From an uncultured Acidobacteriota bacterium (GTDB lineage: Bacteria; Acidobacteriota; Vicinamibacteria; Vicinamibacterales; UBA8438), in contig CAJWLU010000005.1 in the NCBI GenBank assembly GCA_913043225.1, positions 64,001-128,000 of the forward strand: a stretch of DNA of 64,000 bases, read 5' to 3'. A model generated the notes under the pieces. That model was not told the origin of the DNA. It saw only the letters and a list, made by a program, of their open reading frames with translations, and searched no databases. How positions within the stretch are numbered: the first letter of the stretch is position 1; each line of letters opens with the position of its first letter. The translations under genes and the position numbers were made by a program. Shown piece by piece: positions 17,528 through 26,761 of the stretch.

Positions 17528-18820
17528 TCAGGGCGCGACGAGACCCGCAGCCGCCAAAGTGACCAGCAGCGCCCGCTGCACGGCCAGGTAAGCCCCCTCG
17601 TCGGACCACCATTCCTCTAGTGAATGCACCCCGCCGCCGCGGCCACCGCGGCCGAGTGTAATAGCCGGGATGCCGAGTGAGATAGGGATGTTCGCGTCGG
17701 TCGATGCCGCCCCCAAGCGGGGTACGAATCCAAGGTGGCGGGTAGCCTCCATCGCCGCCACCACCAAGGGATGGTCGCTCGCGACCATCCCCGACGGACG
17801 CTCACCAATCGCCTCGAGCCCCGCCTCAAGGGCGTCACCGCGATCACGACGGCGGTTCTGCTCGTCGAGCGCCCGCTCCACCGCAAACGCTAGCACCTCA
17901 TCGAGCCGATCGAGCTGCCCCCTATCGACCGACCGAAGATCGACTTCAGCCCAGCTCTCGTGGGGAATGGCATTCACCGATGTGCCGCCCCCGAGCCGTC
18001 CTACGCTATAACTCGCCACCGGCCCCGTGTTAACCACGGTCGCCGCGGCATCATCGAAGAGATACATGGCCCGTGACAGAGCCAACGCCGGGTTGCCGAG
18101 GCCAAAATCACCCCAGGAGTGACCTCCCGGCCCAGTGATCGTCACCAAATAGCGCCTGGACCCAAGGGCCTGATTCACCACCCGGCTGTCGCTCCCACTA
18201 TCGATCGCGATGAAGGCATCGATCGTCGGTCCGTCTTCACGAAAGAGATGGCGGACGCCACGCAGATCGCCAAGTCCCTCCTCCCCGACGCTCCCGACAA
18301 ACAGCAGGTCGCCGAGGGTGTCCAGGCCGGCCTCGTCGAGCGCTTGGACCATCGTGAGCAATAGAACGAGCCCTCTCGTGTCGTCCCAGATACCGGGTGC
18401 ATAGAGCCGCTCGCCGCGGTGCGACACCGTGACGTCGGTGCCTCTCGGGAACACGGTATCAAGATGGGCAACCAGGGCAACGGTCGGACCATCACCCGTA
18501 CCAGGACGATGTCCCAAGACATTGCCCACGTCGTCAATGACAACGTCTGACAATCCGGCGGCGCCCAGCAGCTCAGCGAATCGGATGGCTCGGGCTTGCT
18601 CCTCGAAGGGAGGTGCGGGAATCTCGGTGAGTTCTACGAGGAACGCCTCGGACCTGGCGTCGATCTCCCGAGCGGCGGCCATGGCAGCGGACACGGCCGG
18701 GTGGCTGGCCAGTGCCTCCACCGACTGGAAACGGTGATAGTCAGACTCTGAAGTCTGGGCCAGGACGGCCCCACTGAAGTAAACGCAGGCCAGACTCAAC
18801 GCAAGCGTGGATTGCTTCAT
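17528..18820 (-). CDS. M20/M25/M40 family metallopeptidase, exported
   Basis: Signal peptide; AHLDTVF, APGIWDD, VGEEGLG, GPGGHSW, GGGTSVNAIP, STDAN, HSLEEW. Confidence 0.9.
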   Translation of the reverse strand: MKQSTLALSLACVYFSGAVLAQTSESDYHRFQSVEALASHPAVSAAMAAAREIDARSEAFLVELTEIPAPPFEEQARAIRFAELLGAAGLSDVVIDDVGNVLGHRPGTGDGPTVALVAHLDTVFPRGTDVTVSHRGERLYAPGIWDDTRGLVLLLTMVQALDEAGLDTLGDLLFVGSVGEEGLGDLRGVRHLFREDGPTIDAFIAIDSGSDSRVVNQALGSRRYLVTITGPGGHSWGDFGLGNPALALSRAMYLFDDAAATVVNTGPVASYSVGRLGGGTSVNAIPHESWAEVDLRSVDRGQLDRLDEVLAFAVERALDEQNRRRDRGDALEAGLEAIGERPSGMVASDHPLVVAAMEATRHLGFVPRLGAASTDANIPISLGIPAITLGRGGRGGGVHSLEEWWSDEGAYLAVQRALLVTLAAAGLVAP

Positions 18821-18860
18821 CGGTGCGTCCGAACGCCGATTCAACGGACGGCCGCGTGAA

Positions 18861-19850
18861 CTACTGCCCCGCCTCGCGCTCCTCCGCACGATGACCGGCA
18901 AGAATCCCCTCCATCCCGATGTTGCCCTCGTGACAGGCATACTCGAACATCGGCTCCTCGCTGTACACGAGTGGGATGCTCACCGTCCAGGGCTTGGTCC
19001 AGACGGACGAGTCGGTGAGCGTGACCTCGTAGCGCAGCACCTCGGGCGACTCCCGGGTGAGCCGCTCGATCATATGCAGTCCGTCGGACGAACCGCGGAA
19101 GTTTGCGGTCTTCGAGAAGTTCTTGGTCTCGACGACGAGGGTGTCGCCCTCCCAATGGCCGCGCGAATCTCCATGCAGCTGCCGGACGTCGTCATCAACA
19201 TGCGGCAACCCGACGAGCGGGATAACTCGAGCGTCGTGGTTCATCTCGTGCAGAATGACCACATAGTCCTTGCTCTGAAACACCTGGTAATAGCTGTTGT
19301 AGCCGGCGCCCAGCCGAGGCACCCCATAGGTCACGCACCGCTCGGAGAGCGGACGATCGGTATAGGAATCGGCCGGATGCGCGCGTCCATACTCGGCGGC
19401 CTCGCGGAACCGCTCCCTGGCTTCAGGAACCAGGTCCGGCACCTGTCCGTCGGGCGGATCGATGATCAACGACGTCTGGTTGGAGAAGTCCCGATTTGCG
19501 ATCCAGAACTGGTTGTAGTTCCCAGTGGTCGGGTCATACGACGTGGCCTCGATCCCCTCGATCGCGGCCAGCACAAGCTGATCGCCGAACAGCGCGTCGC
19601 CGTCACCCACCGCATTCGCGGCCGCGATCCGAAGCGCGGCGACCTCCTCGTCGGTGAGCTCGGCCTTCCCAGCCCAGGCCTCGGGCCGCTCAAGCGGAGT
19701 GATGTTGTTGTTGGCCCAGACGCCCTGCAGATCCGGCTGCCCGTCCGAGGTCCGAGGTGCGGTCCAACCGTTCCCCTGCGCACCTACCAACGGGGCCACT
19801 CCTACGACTACTGCCACCCCAACCGCCATTAACACCTTCAGGCGCATCAC
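18861..19850 (-). CDS. Conserved secreted hypothetical protein ('YACHE' family)
   Basis: AGGAGA RBS; signal peptide; GQPDLQGVW, TPLERP, YNQFW, ERC, GDSRGHWEGDTLVVET, FEYACHEGN. Paralog of 7243..8214. Confidence 0.8.
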   Translation of the reverse strand: MMRLKVLMAVGVAVVVGVAPLVGAQGNGWTAPRTSDGQPDLQGVWANNNITPLERPEAWAGKAELTDEEVAALRIAAANAVGDGDALFGDQLVLAAIEGIEATSYDPTTGNYNQFWIANRDFSNQTSLIIDPPDGQVPDLVPEARERFREAAEYGRAHPADSYTDRPLSERCVTYGVPRLGAGYNSYYQVFQSKDYVVILHEMNHDARVIPLVGLPHVDDDVRQLHGDSRGHWEGDTLVVETKNFSKTANFRGSSDGLHMIERLTRESPEVLRYEVTLTDSSVWTKPWTVSIPLVYSEEPMFEYACHEGNIGMEGILAGHRAEEREAGQ

Positions 19851-20049
19851 TCGCTCTCCTTCACCGTGCGCGGCGCCGACGCGCAGGTCGATACCCGCAC
19901 GCGCCCACCTCGTAATCTCTGTCGGATTGTAGTCGGACTGCCAGGATTCGCGCCAGCGCAGACAGAACAGATTAAGGCTTCGGGGAGATCTCGCCGTTTG
20001 ACACGCCACGCGCTCACACACCACACTTACGCTACGGAGACGCCATCGC

Positions 20050-20265
20050 ATGACCGATTCGCAGAAGCTCAGCCCCGCCGGACGCCTCACGCTATGGGTA
20101 CTTGGCACCTTGCTCTTCCTGACTATCTCCATCTACCCCTACTACCTCTATATGAGGTTCGCTTCCGACTCCGAGGTGTACACGAAGTTCGGCATCGCGA
20201 CGGTCGGCATCACGGCGCTGATCTGGCTAGCAACTGCTTTCGGTCCGCTCAAGACGCGCCAGTGA
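20050..20265 (+). CDS. Small two-TM membrane protein
   Basis: GGAG RBS; 71 aa with two hydrophobic segments; fills the intergenic gap ahead of a co-directional gene pair. Confidence 0.6.
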   Translation: MTDSQKLSPAGRLTLWVLGTLLFLTISIYPYYLYMRFASDSEVYTKFGIATVGITALIWLATAFGPLKTRQ

Positions 20266-20302
20266 GCCCCTCCCCCCGGTGCGGCCGCCAGGCAACGACG
20301 GG

Positions 20303-21148
20303 GTGACATTACGAGCGACGGTCAAGCGGAGCCTCGCAGACGTCGGGCTACTGGAACCGGGCCGACAGCTGCGTGACAAGCTCCGGGCCATTACTTGGCT
20401 TCCCCACAACCGACGCTACCTCTCACGCGCCGGCAGCAATGGTCTGCCGATTCCTCCCGCACGTCTTCGACTGCTAACCACCGCCTCGCCCTCGATCGAG
20501 TGGTTCATGGAGAGTGGGCGAGCCGGTGCCGACGCTATCCGTAACCTGCTCGCTGAGCACAACTTGCTGCTATCTCGCCAGGCACGCCTCCTCGATTTCG
20601 GGTGCGGATGCGGCCGCGTACTTCGGCATTGGGCCGGGGAAGGGGTCGCCGTCGAAGGCTGTGACTACAACCCGGAGCTGATCGACTGGTGCCGAGACCG
20701 GCTGCCGTTCGCTACCGTCGCTACTAACCGATTAGAGCCGCCGCTTCCCTACAATCGAGCCCATTTCGATCTCGTGTATGCGCTCTCGGTCTTCACGCAC
20801 TTGCCCGAGCCGTTGCAACGCCCGTGGGCCGAGGAACTGGGTCGCGTCACGGCCCTCGGGGGCCACCTGATCGTTTCGACTCACGGCGCGGCCTATCGAG
20901 GCGCGCTCACTCTCGACGAGCGAGCGCACTATGACGCAGGACACCTCGTCGTCAAGAATGCCGCCGAACCGGGCAGCAACAGATGCGGGGTCTACGCGTC
21001 GCCAGACGCCGTGCGCCAGACATTCAGCCCCTGGTTCATGGTGCGAGCGCACGTCCCACAAGGTGCTAGTGGGAACCCTCCGCAGGACCTCGTCTTGCTC
21101 CGGCGCACCCCGACCGAAGCCGCAGCGCCCAAGGGTCGGCCAGCATGA
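20303..21148 (+). CDS. Class I SAM-dependent methyltransferase
   Basis: LLDFGCGCGRV, FDLVYALSVFTHL, GGHLIVSTHG. Start uncertain (GTG 20303 chosen). Confidence 0.85.
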   Translation: MTLRATVKRSLADVGLLEPGRQLRDKLRAITWLPHNRRYLSRAGSNGLPIPPARLRLLTTASPSIEWFMESGRAGADAIRNLLAEHNLLLSRQARLLDFGCGCGRVLRHWAGEGVAVEGCDYNPELIDWCRDRLPFATVATNRLEPPLPYNRAHFDLVYALSVFTHLPEPLQRPWAEELGRVTALGGHLIVSTHGAAYRGALTLDERAHYDAGHLVVKNAAEPGSNRCGVYASPDAVRQTFSPWFMVRAHVPQGASGNPPQDLVLLRRTPTEAAAPKGRPA

Positions 21149-22860
21149 GCCGACGCGGTCTGTCCCGGGGCCTTCTCATCGTCACCTTGGCGCTAGCGGC
21201 GTGGGTCCTAGCCCCCGTGCTGCTTTGGCGACCGATACCCGTCCCGGCAGGTGTGCCGCTCGACCCACTCACCCGGGTTCGCGGCGTGGTACACGTCCAC
21301 AGCACGCTCTCCGACGGCAGCGGTTCACCTGAAGAGATCGTGGCCGCCGCCGTGGCCGCCGGTCTCGACTTCGTAGTCCTCACCGACCACAACAATTTCG
21401 ACGCGAAACCGCTGGAAGGGTTCGGTGACACGTCGGTCCTGACCATCGTGGGTACGGAGATCTCAAACCACGGGGGGCACCTGATCGCGCTGGGACTGTC
21501 CGCACCGTCGCACCGCTTCTCAGGAAACGGGCTGGATGCCCTGCGCGACGTTACGTCGCTGGGCGGAACCACCTTCGCCGCTCATCCCGACAGCCCACGC
21601 GCGGATCTCGGCTGGACCGACTGGACACTGCCAGGAGGTTGGGGACTGGAGGTGGTCAATGGCGATTCCCAATGGCGAAGGGCTGGTTGGCTCCATGCAG
21701 TGGGAGCGACCCTTCGCTATCCGGTGCACCCCGTCCGAGCGCTTCTGGGCTTGACACGTCGCCCCGCCATTCTCGAACGCTGGGATGCCTTACTGACAGA
21801 TCGGGAGGTCCCGGCAATCGCAGGTGCAGACGCTCACGGCGCTTTCCGGCCGTCGACGCTGTCGCTTCCGCTCCCCAGTTACGACGCTGTCTTCGCCACC
21901 GTGCAGAACTACGTCCTCCTCGACGGTCCACTTACCGGACATTCCGAACGGGATATCGAGGCCGTCGTCACGGCACTAGCCCGAGGCCGTAGCTATGTTG
22001 GAGTCGGTGGACTGGCGGACCCGTCTGGATTCTCGCTCGTCGCCGAACGCGACGGTCAGCAGTGGCACATGGGCGACCGCGTACCAGCCGAAGCGCCCGT
22101 AACGGTCCGGGTAGCTGGCGCTCTCCCACACAACAGTGAGATCCGGTTACTCCGCGACGGGGTCGAATTCCTCACGGGTCCAGCCCCGCTCGAAACCCAG
22201 GTCGATGCTCAGGGCGTGTATCGGGCCGAGGTCACCCTTCCTGGCTGGGACATGCCCTGGATCCTGTCGAACCCCCTCTATTTCTTCGATAAGGACACGC
22301 ACACGGCCCGCGCCGCGGCTTCGGCACTACCGCAGCCCCCGCGGGCCACACCAGACGTTCTGCTCGACCGCTTCGACGGAGACTCGACCTTCGACGTAAT
22401 CGGCAACGACACCACGTCCATCGCCGGTCCGGCGATCGCGCCGGCGGAAGGACTGGCCGGGTCGGGAGCGGGACACCTGGCCTTCAGCCTCGGCATACCA
22501 GGCGATGACCATCCGTCGCCGTTCGCAGCGCTGGGCAGCTACACGCCGCGCGACTTCTCGCAGCGGCGAGGTCTCACGCTGTGGGCACGAAGCAACAACA
22601 CCCACCGCTTCTGGCTCCAGGTGCGCGATCGGAATCCGACCGGTTATGACGGTGTCGAGAACTGGGTCACCTCGATCAAGGCGACCCCGGACTGGCAGCC
22701 CATCACGGTGCCCTTCGATGCGCTACGCAGCAACGACCCTGGTACCGATGGACAGCTCGACCTCGACGCAGTCGTCGCCATCGTGCTGCTCGCCGATCTG
22801 GGGACTCATGCTCCCGGCGGAGACGTGAAGCTGTGGGTCGACGACCTCGGCATCTACTGA
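21145..22860 (+). CDS. PHP-domain (CehA/McbA-like) metallohydrolase with C-terminal carbohydrate-binding-like domain
   Basis: N-terminal TM; HVHSTLSDG, LTDHN, GTEIS, AAHP, GADAH; C-terminal jelly-roll motifs (DFSQRRGLTLW, WQPITVPF, LWVDDL). Confidence 0.8.
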   Translation: MSRRGLSRGLLIVTLALAAWVLAPVLLWRPIPVPAGVPLDPLTRVRGVVHVHSTLSDGSGSPEEIVAAAVAAGLDFVVLTDHNNFDAKPLEGFGDTSVLTIVGTEISNHGGHLIALGLSAPSHRFSGNGLDALRDVTSLGGTTFAAHPDSPRADLGWTDWTLPGGWGLEVVNGDSQWRRAGWLHAVGATLRYPVHPVRALLGLTRRPAILERWDALLTDREVPAIAGADAHGAFRPSTLSLPLPSYDAVFATVQNYVLLDGPLTGHSERDIEAVVTALARGRSYVGVGGLADPSGFSLVAERDGQQWHMGDRVPAEAPVTVRVAGALPHNSEIRLLRDGVEFLTGPAPLETQVDAQGVYRAEVTLPGWDMPWILSNPLYFFDKDTHTARAAASALPQPPRATPDVLLDRFDGDSTFDVIGNDTTSIAGPAIAPAEGLAGSGAGHLAFSLGIPGDDHPSPFAALGSYTPRDFSQRRGLTLWARSNNTHRFWLQVRDRNPTGYDGVENWVTSIKATPDWQPITVPFDALRSNDPGTDGQLDLDAVVAIVLLADLGTHAPGGDVKLWVDDLGIY

Positions 22861-22910
22861 ACCGCGTCGACCCGACCCACAAGATTTTCGACCGAACCAC
22901 AGTCCTGTCC

Positions 22911-23798
22911 CTAGAGCGGGTTGATCTGATCGCCCTCGATCGCGTCGCCTTCGACAACGGCGCAAATGGCCGACTGCGACAGCACTCGCGTCACTTCCAG
23001 CACTCCCACCCGGTCGGTAATCCGATCGAGCACCGTGCCGTTGGCGTCTCGGATCTCGTCGATGACCCGGACCACCTCGAAGCGCTGACCGACCATGAGT
23101 CCGAAGTTCTCGCCCTGGTTGATGTAGAACGAACCATCGTTCGATCCGACGATCTGCGCCGGCGGAGTCACCGGTGCAAGGTCAGCGAACCGGTCCGCCT
23201 GGTCGGCGATCTTCTCGGCCACCTCCTCGATGGCCGGACGTAACGCCTCCTGCGCCGTGCCGGCGTCGAACTCACGCTCCACGCCACTGCCACGGAACGT
23301 CAGCCCGCCGAAGGTCTTTCGGCCCTCGCCACTTTCGGCCAGCATGATCTCACCGGTGGTGGTGTTCACGAGGCGCACGTCGACGATACTCTCAGCCCTC
23401 GAGACCGAGGCGCCGAGACTCCGGATCCCGCCCGAGGTCCGTTCGACCGAGAACTGTGTAATCGACCCGGTCAGGATGAGTTGCACGCCCAGTAACTCGC
23501 CAATCCTCGCAGCCGTCGAGCTGTCGACGGCACCACTGGCGCCGAGGTCCTGCTCGGCCAGCACCGCTTCGAGCTGCGAGCGCTCGATTACCGAAAACGA
23601 ACCACTGCGGAAGAGCTGCGTCACCAGTTCGTCGGCCGCGGCACGGCCCAAGTTGTCGCCCCACCAGGTCCAAGTGCTGTTGTTCTCGAAGTTCATTACT
23701 GCGACGCGGACCTGCGCTTCGGCCCGAGACACTCCCAGTACATACAGTGCCGCCAACGCGATCAGCACGACCATGTGGCGTCGATATCCTCTTGTCAT
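22911..23798 (-). CDS. CsgG/HfaB family protein with FlgT-C-like domain
   Basis: GGAGG RBS; signal peptide; VAVMNFEN, FSVIERSQL...EQ, GELLGV..ILTGSIT, VDVRLVNTTTGEI; C-terminal YINQG...GQRFEV. Confidence 0.85.
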   Translation of the reverse strand: MTRGYRRHMVVLIALAALYVLGVSRAEAQVRVAVMNFENNSTWTWWGDNLGRAAADELVTQLFRSGSFSVIERSQLEAVLAEQDLGASGAVDSSTAARIGELLGVQLILTGSITQFSVERTSGGIRSLGASVSRAESIVDVRLVNTTTGEIMLAESGEGRKTFGGLTFRGSGVEREFDAGTAQEALRPAIEEVAEKIADQADRFADLAPVTPPAQIVGSNDGSFYINQGENFGLMVGQRFEVVRVIDEIRDANGTVLDRITDRVGVLEVTRVLSQSAICAVVEGDAIEGDQINPL

Positions 23799-23960
23799 CT
23801 CACCCTCCGTAGCATCGTGCACTATGATGACGGCAGGCGTCGATAAATGTCACCTCGGTCGACGCCGACCGAGCTCCAACCTCGGCACATTCGTCAGATG
23901 TGACTGCCCCTCATCTCGTGTCGGTCCACTTCTGACGGACTGCGCAATCGGGCCACGGCC

Positions 23961-25796
23961 ATGGAAGATCTATCTGGAAGAGACTTCGGTGCTTATCGGA
24001 TCGTTGGCCCCCTCGGCAGCGGGGGTATGGCCGCGGTTTATCGCGCCTATCAACCGGCCGTCGACCGCGAGGTCGCGCTCAAGATCCTGCCGCGGCATCT
24101 AGCCCAGGACCCGGAGTTCGTCGCACGGTTTAAACAGGAAGCACAGGTGCTCGCACGCCTCCAGCACCCGCACATCCTGCCGGTGCACGATTTCGGTGAG
24201 GCGGATGGCTTCACTTTCATCGTGATGCCGTTCATCGAGACTGGCACCCTCGCTAACCGGCTCACCGGCGCGCCGCTCTCATTCGCCGACATCCGTCCGG
24301 TAATTACGCAGGTCGGCGACGCGCTCGACTGTGCCCATGCAGAGGGCCTTGTACACCGCGATGTCAAACCGAGCAACATCCTCATCGATAGCCGCGGCAA
24401 CTGCCTACTGGCCGACTTCGGGATCGCCAAGATCCTCGAAGGAGCGGACACGCTGACCGCGACCGGTGGGCTCGTGGGAACACCGAAGTACATGTCGCCC
24501 GAACAGGGCCTGGGCCAAGAAGTCGACCGGCGCAGCGACATCTACTCGCTGGGTGTCATCCTCTACGAGATGGCCACCGGGCGAGTGCCGTTCGACGCCG
24601 AGACGCCAGTCGCGGTGGTGGTGAAACACATCCATGACCCGTTGCCACTTCCCCGTCAGGTGAATCCGGCACTGGAAGAACCGCTGCAGCAAGTGATCTT
24701 TCAAGCCATGGCCAAAATGCCGGCAGAACGATTTGCCACCGCCGGCGTCATGGTCGAGGCAATTAGCGCCCTCACACTCCCCGACGCCTTGCCAGCGGTC
24801 GCACGACCGGTTCCTTCCCACGCGATCACACCTGACGCGATCGACGGGCCAACCGAGCCGATGACGGCGCCCGCAGTTGAAATAGGGATGGCACCCCCGC
24901 CGGATCCAGAGCCTAGGGGACGAGGATGGGAGATCGCGATCGGCGCAGCGGCGGTCGCGCTGCTGCTGGTGGTGATCTGGCTCAACAGCGGAGACCCGGA
25001 CGCACCGGGAGCGCCAGCGAACCCCGCAGAGACGTCCGTCACGCTCGACGTCAACGAGACACCGCGACCAACGGCACCCGCGGAAGACCCGCCACTATTG
25101 CCTAGCCAAGCGACAGTGAACGAGACCCCCTCCGCCGACGCGGGCACTATCGAGCCCTTTCCAGCGGCGTCATCGCCCGCCTCCTCGCCGCCTCCAACTG
25201 CGGCACCGTCGCCCTCGCCAACGGCGGGCACACCAGAGCCGACCGAAACAGACACGTCCGAGCGACTGCGCCCGGATCAGCAGATATCCCGAGAGCGGGG
25301 CCGGCAGGCAATGGACTCCCGTCCTCGTGGACCCGCAGCACAAGGCCGAGGCGGTTTCGTACCGAACAACAGAGAACGCGATCTTCGCCGCGGGCGACCG
25401 AACGACCCGTTTCCCTCGAGCGGTAATTACGCAGGCGCCGGTACCTTCCTGGACCGGCGGGTGGGCTCACTATGGACCGCCGCGAGCGAGCCTGGGCAGG
25501 GCTTCGACGGATTGCTCTGGGTCGACGCCAACGCCTACTGTAACAACCTCGCGCTGGCCAGGCGCTCCGACTGGCGGCTGCCGACACGCCCCGAGTTGAA
25601 CTCCCTGCTCGAACGCCTCGACCCGGAGCGCTATCCCTGGGGACTCACCCTGTGGAGCGCCGACCGCGCCGCCGGTGACCCGAACCGGCTATGGGTAACC
25701 AACTCGCCACTATTCGCCCCAGAGTGGTCCAACGCCGTGCGGGATGATTCGGGCCGGCGGCTGACCCACCACGCCGTGTGCGTGAGCGGACCGTGA
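23961..25796 (+). CDS. Hanks-type Ser/Thr protein kinase, TM segment, Pro-rich linker, C-terminal DUF1566/Lcl-like domain
   Basis: LGSGGMA.VY, VALK, HRDVKPSN, DFG, GTPKYMSPE, DIYSLG; TM IAIGAAAVALLLVVIW; W..A..YCNNL...DWRLPTRPEL...WS..AVCV. Confidence 0.92.
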   Translation: MEDLSGRDFGAYRIVGPLGSGGMAAVYRAYQPAVDREVALKILPRHLAQDPEFVARFKQEAQVLARLQHPHILPVHDFGEADGFTFIVMPFIETGTLANRLTGAPLSFADIRPVITQVGDALDCAHAEGLVHRDVKPSNILIDSRGNCLLADFGIAKILEGADTLTATGGLVGTPKYMSPEQGLGQEVDRRSDIYSLGVILYEMATGRVPFDAETPVAVVVKHIHDPLPLPRQVNPALEEPLQQVIFQAMAKMPAERFATAGVMVEAISALTLPDALPAVARPVPSHAITPDAIDGPTEPMTAPAVEIGMAPPPDPEPRGRGWEIAIGAAAVALLLVVIWLNSGDPDAPGAPANPAETSVTLDVNETPRPTAPAEDPPLLPSQATVNETPSADAGTIEPFPAASSPASSPPPTAAPSPSPTAGTPEPTETDTSERLRPDQQISRERGRQAMDSRPRGPAAQGRGGFVPNNRERDLRRGRPNDPFPSSGNYAGAGTFLDRRVGSLWTAASEPGQGFDGLLWVDANAYCNNLALARRSDWRLPTRPELNSLLERLDPERYPWGLTLWSADRAAGDPNRLWVTNSPLFAPEWSNAVRDDSGRRLTHHAVCVSGP

Positions 25797-26761
25797 GCCG
25801 TGGTCTCTGGTACGGCGTGGCCGCCCAAATGGTCTGGGGGCTGTCGCCGCTCTACTGGAGGCAACTCGCCGAGATTCCACCGCCCGTCCTGATCGCCCAC
25901 CGCATCGTCTGGTCTCTGGTGACCCTCATCGTTCTGCTGCTAGCAACGCGTTCGCTGCCCTCGCGCGCACAGGTGCTGCAGGCAACGACGGTAAAGACCT
26001 ACCCGCTGGCCAGCATCCTGATCGCCATCAACTGGTTGACCTACGTGTGGGCGGTGACCGCGGGCCACATCATCGAGGCGAGCCTGGGCTACTTCGTCAC
26101 GCCGCTGGTCAGTGTGGCCCTCGGCGTGCTGGTGCTGGGCGAGCGCTTACGACCGGCGCAATGGACGGCAGTCGGCATCGCGACTACCGGCCTGGCGCTG
26201 CTGACATGGTTTACCGGCGCTCTACCATGGATTGCACTCGTGTTGGCGAGCAGCTTCGGCGTGTACGGGCTACTCAAGAAGCGGGGCCCACTAGCCGCAC
26301 TGGACGGGCTGTCGATCGAGACCGGCCTCCTCTGCATCCCGGCGGCGACCGTAATTGCCTGGGGCGGCCTGGGAGATACGTCGGCGCTACAAATAGGCTG
26401 GGTCGGACTGCTGTTGCTGGGGACGACCGGCGTGATGACCGTACTGCCGCTAGCGCTGTTCACCGCCAGCGTGCGACGGATCCCGCTGGCTTACGCGGGC
26501 CTTACCCAGTATCTGGCGCCGAGCCTGCAGTTTCTGCTGGGGGTGTTTGTCTACAAGGAACCGTTCGGCGCCGCGCAGATCGGCGGCTACGCCCTCGTCT
26601 GGACGGCCGTGCTCGTCTTCGCCAGAGAGGGCCTCCTGGCTCGACGCCTCAAGGCAACGACGGGTGACATTAGGGCGCGACTTCCGCATCGACCAGTCGC
26701 GCGATCGCCGCTAGCGTCGTCTGAGCCGCATTCAGACCCAGCCGGAAGTCGTCGTCGGTAA
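25793..26761 (+). CDS. rarD: EamA family transporter RarD
   Basis: WGLSPLYW, AHRIVWS, NWLTYVWAV, EASLGYFVTPLV, ERLR..QW, SFGVYGLLKK, QYLAPSLQF. Confidence 0.9.
   Translation: MSRGLWYGVAAQMVWGLSPLYWRQLAEIPPPVLIAHRIVWSLVTLIVLLLATRSLPSRAQVLQATTVKTYPLASILIAINWLTYVWAVTAGHIIEASLGYFVTPLVSVALGVLVLGERLRPAQWTAVGIATTGLALLTWFTGALPWIALVLASSFGVYGLLKKRGPLAALDGLSIETGLLCIPAATVIAWGGLGDTSALQIGWVGLLLLGTTGVMTVLPLALFTASVRRIPLAYAGLTQYLAPSLQFLLGVFVYKEPFGAAQIGGYALVWTAVLVFAREGLLARRLKATTGDIRARLPHRPVARSPLASSEPHSDPAGSRRR

Noticed and set aside
25450..25796. DUF1566/CLec domain as a diversity-generating retroelement target
   Set aside because: No reverse transcriptase and no adenine-variant template repeat seen in this window; a remote element cannot be excluded.
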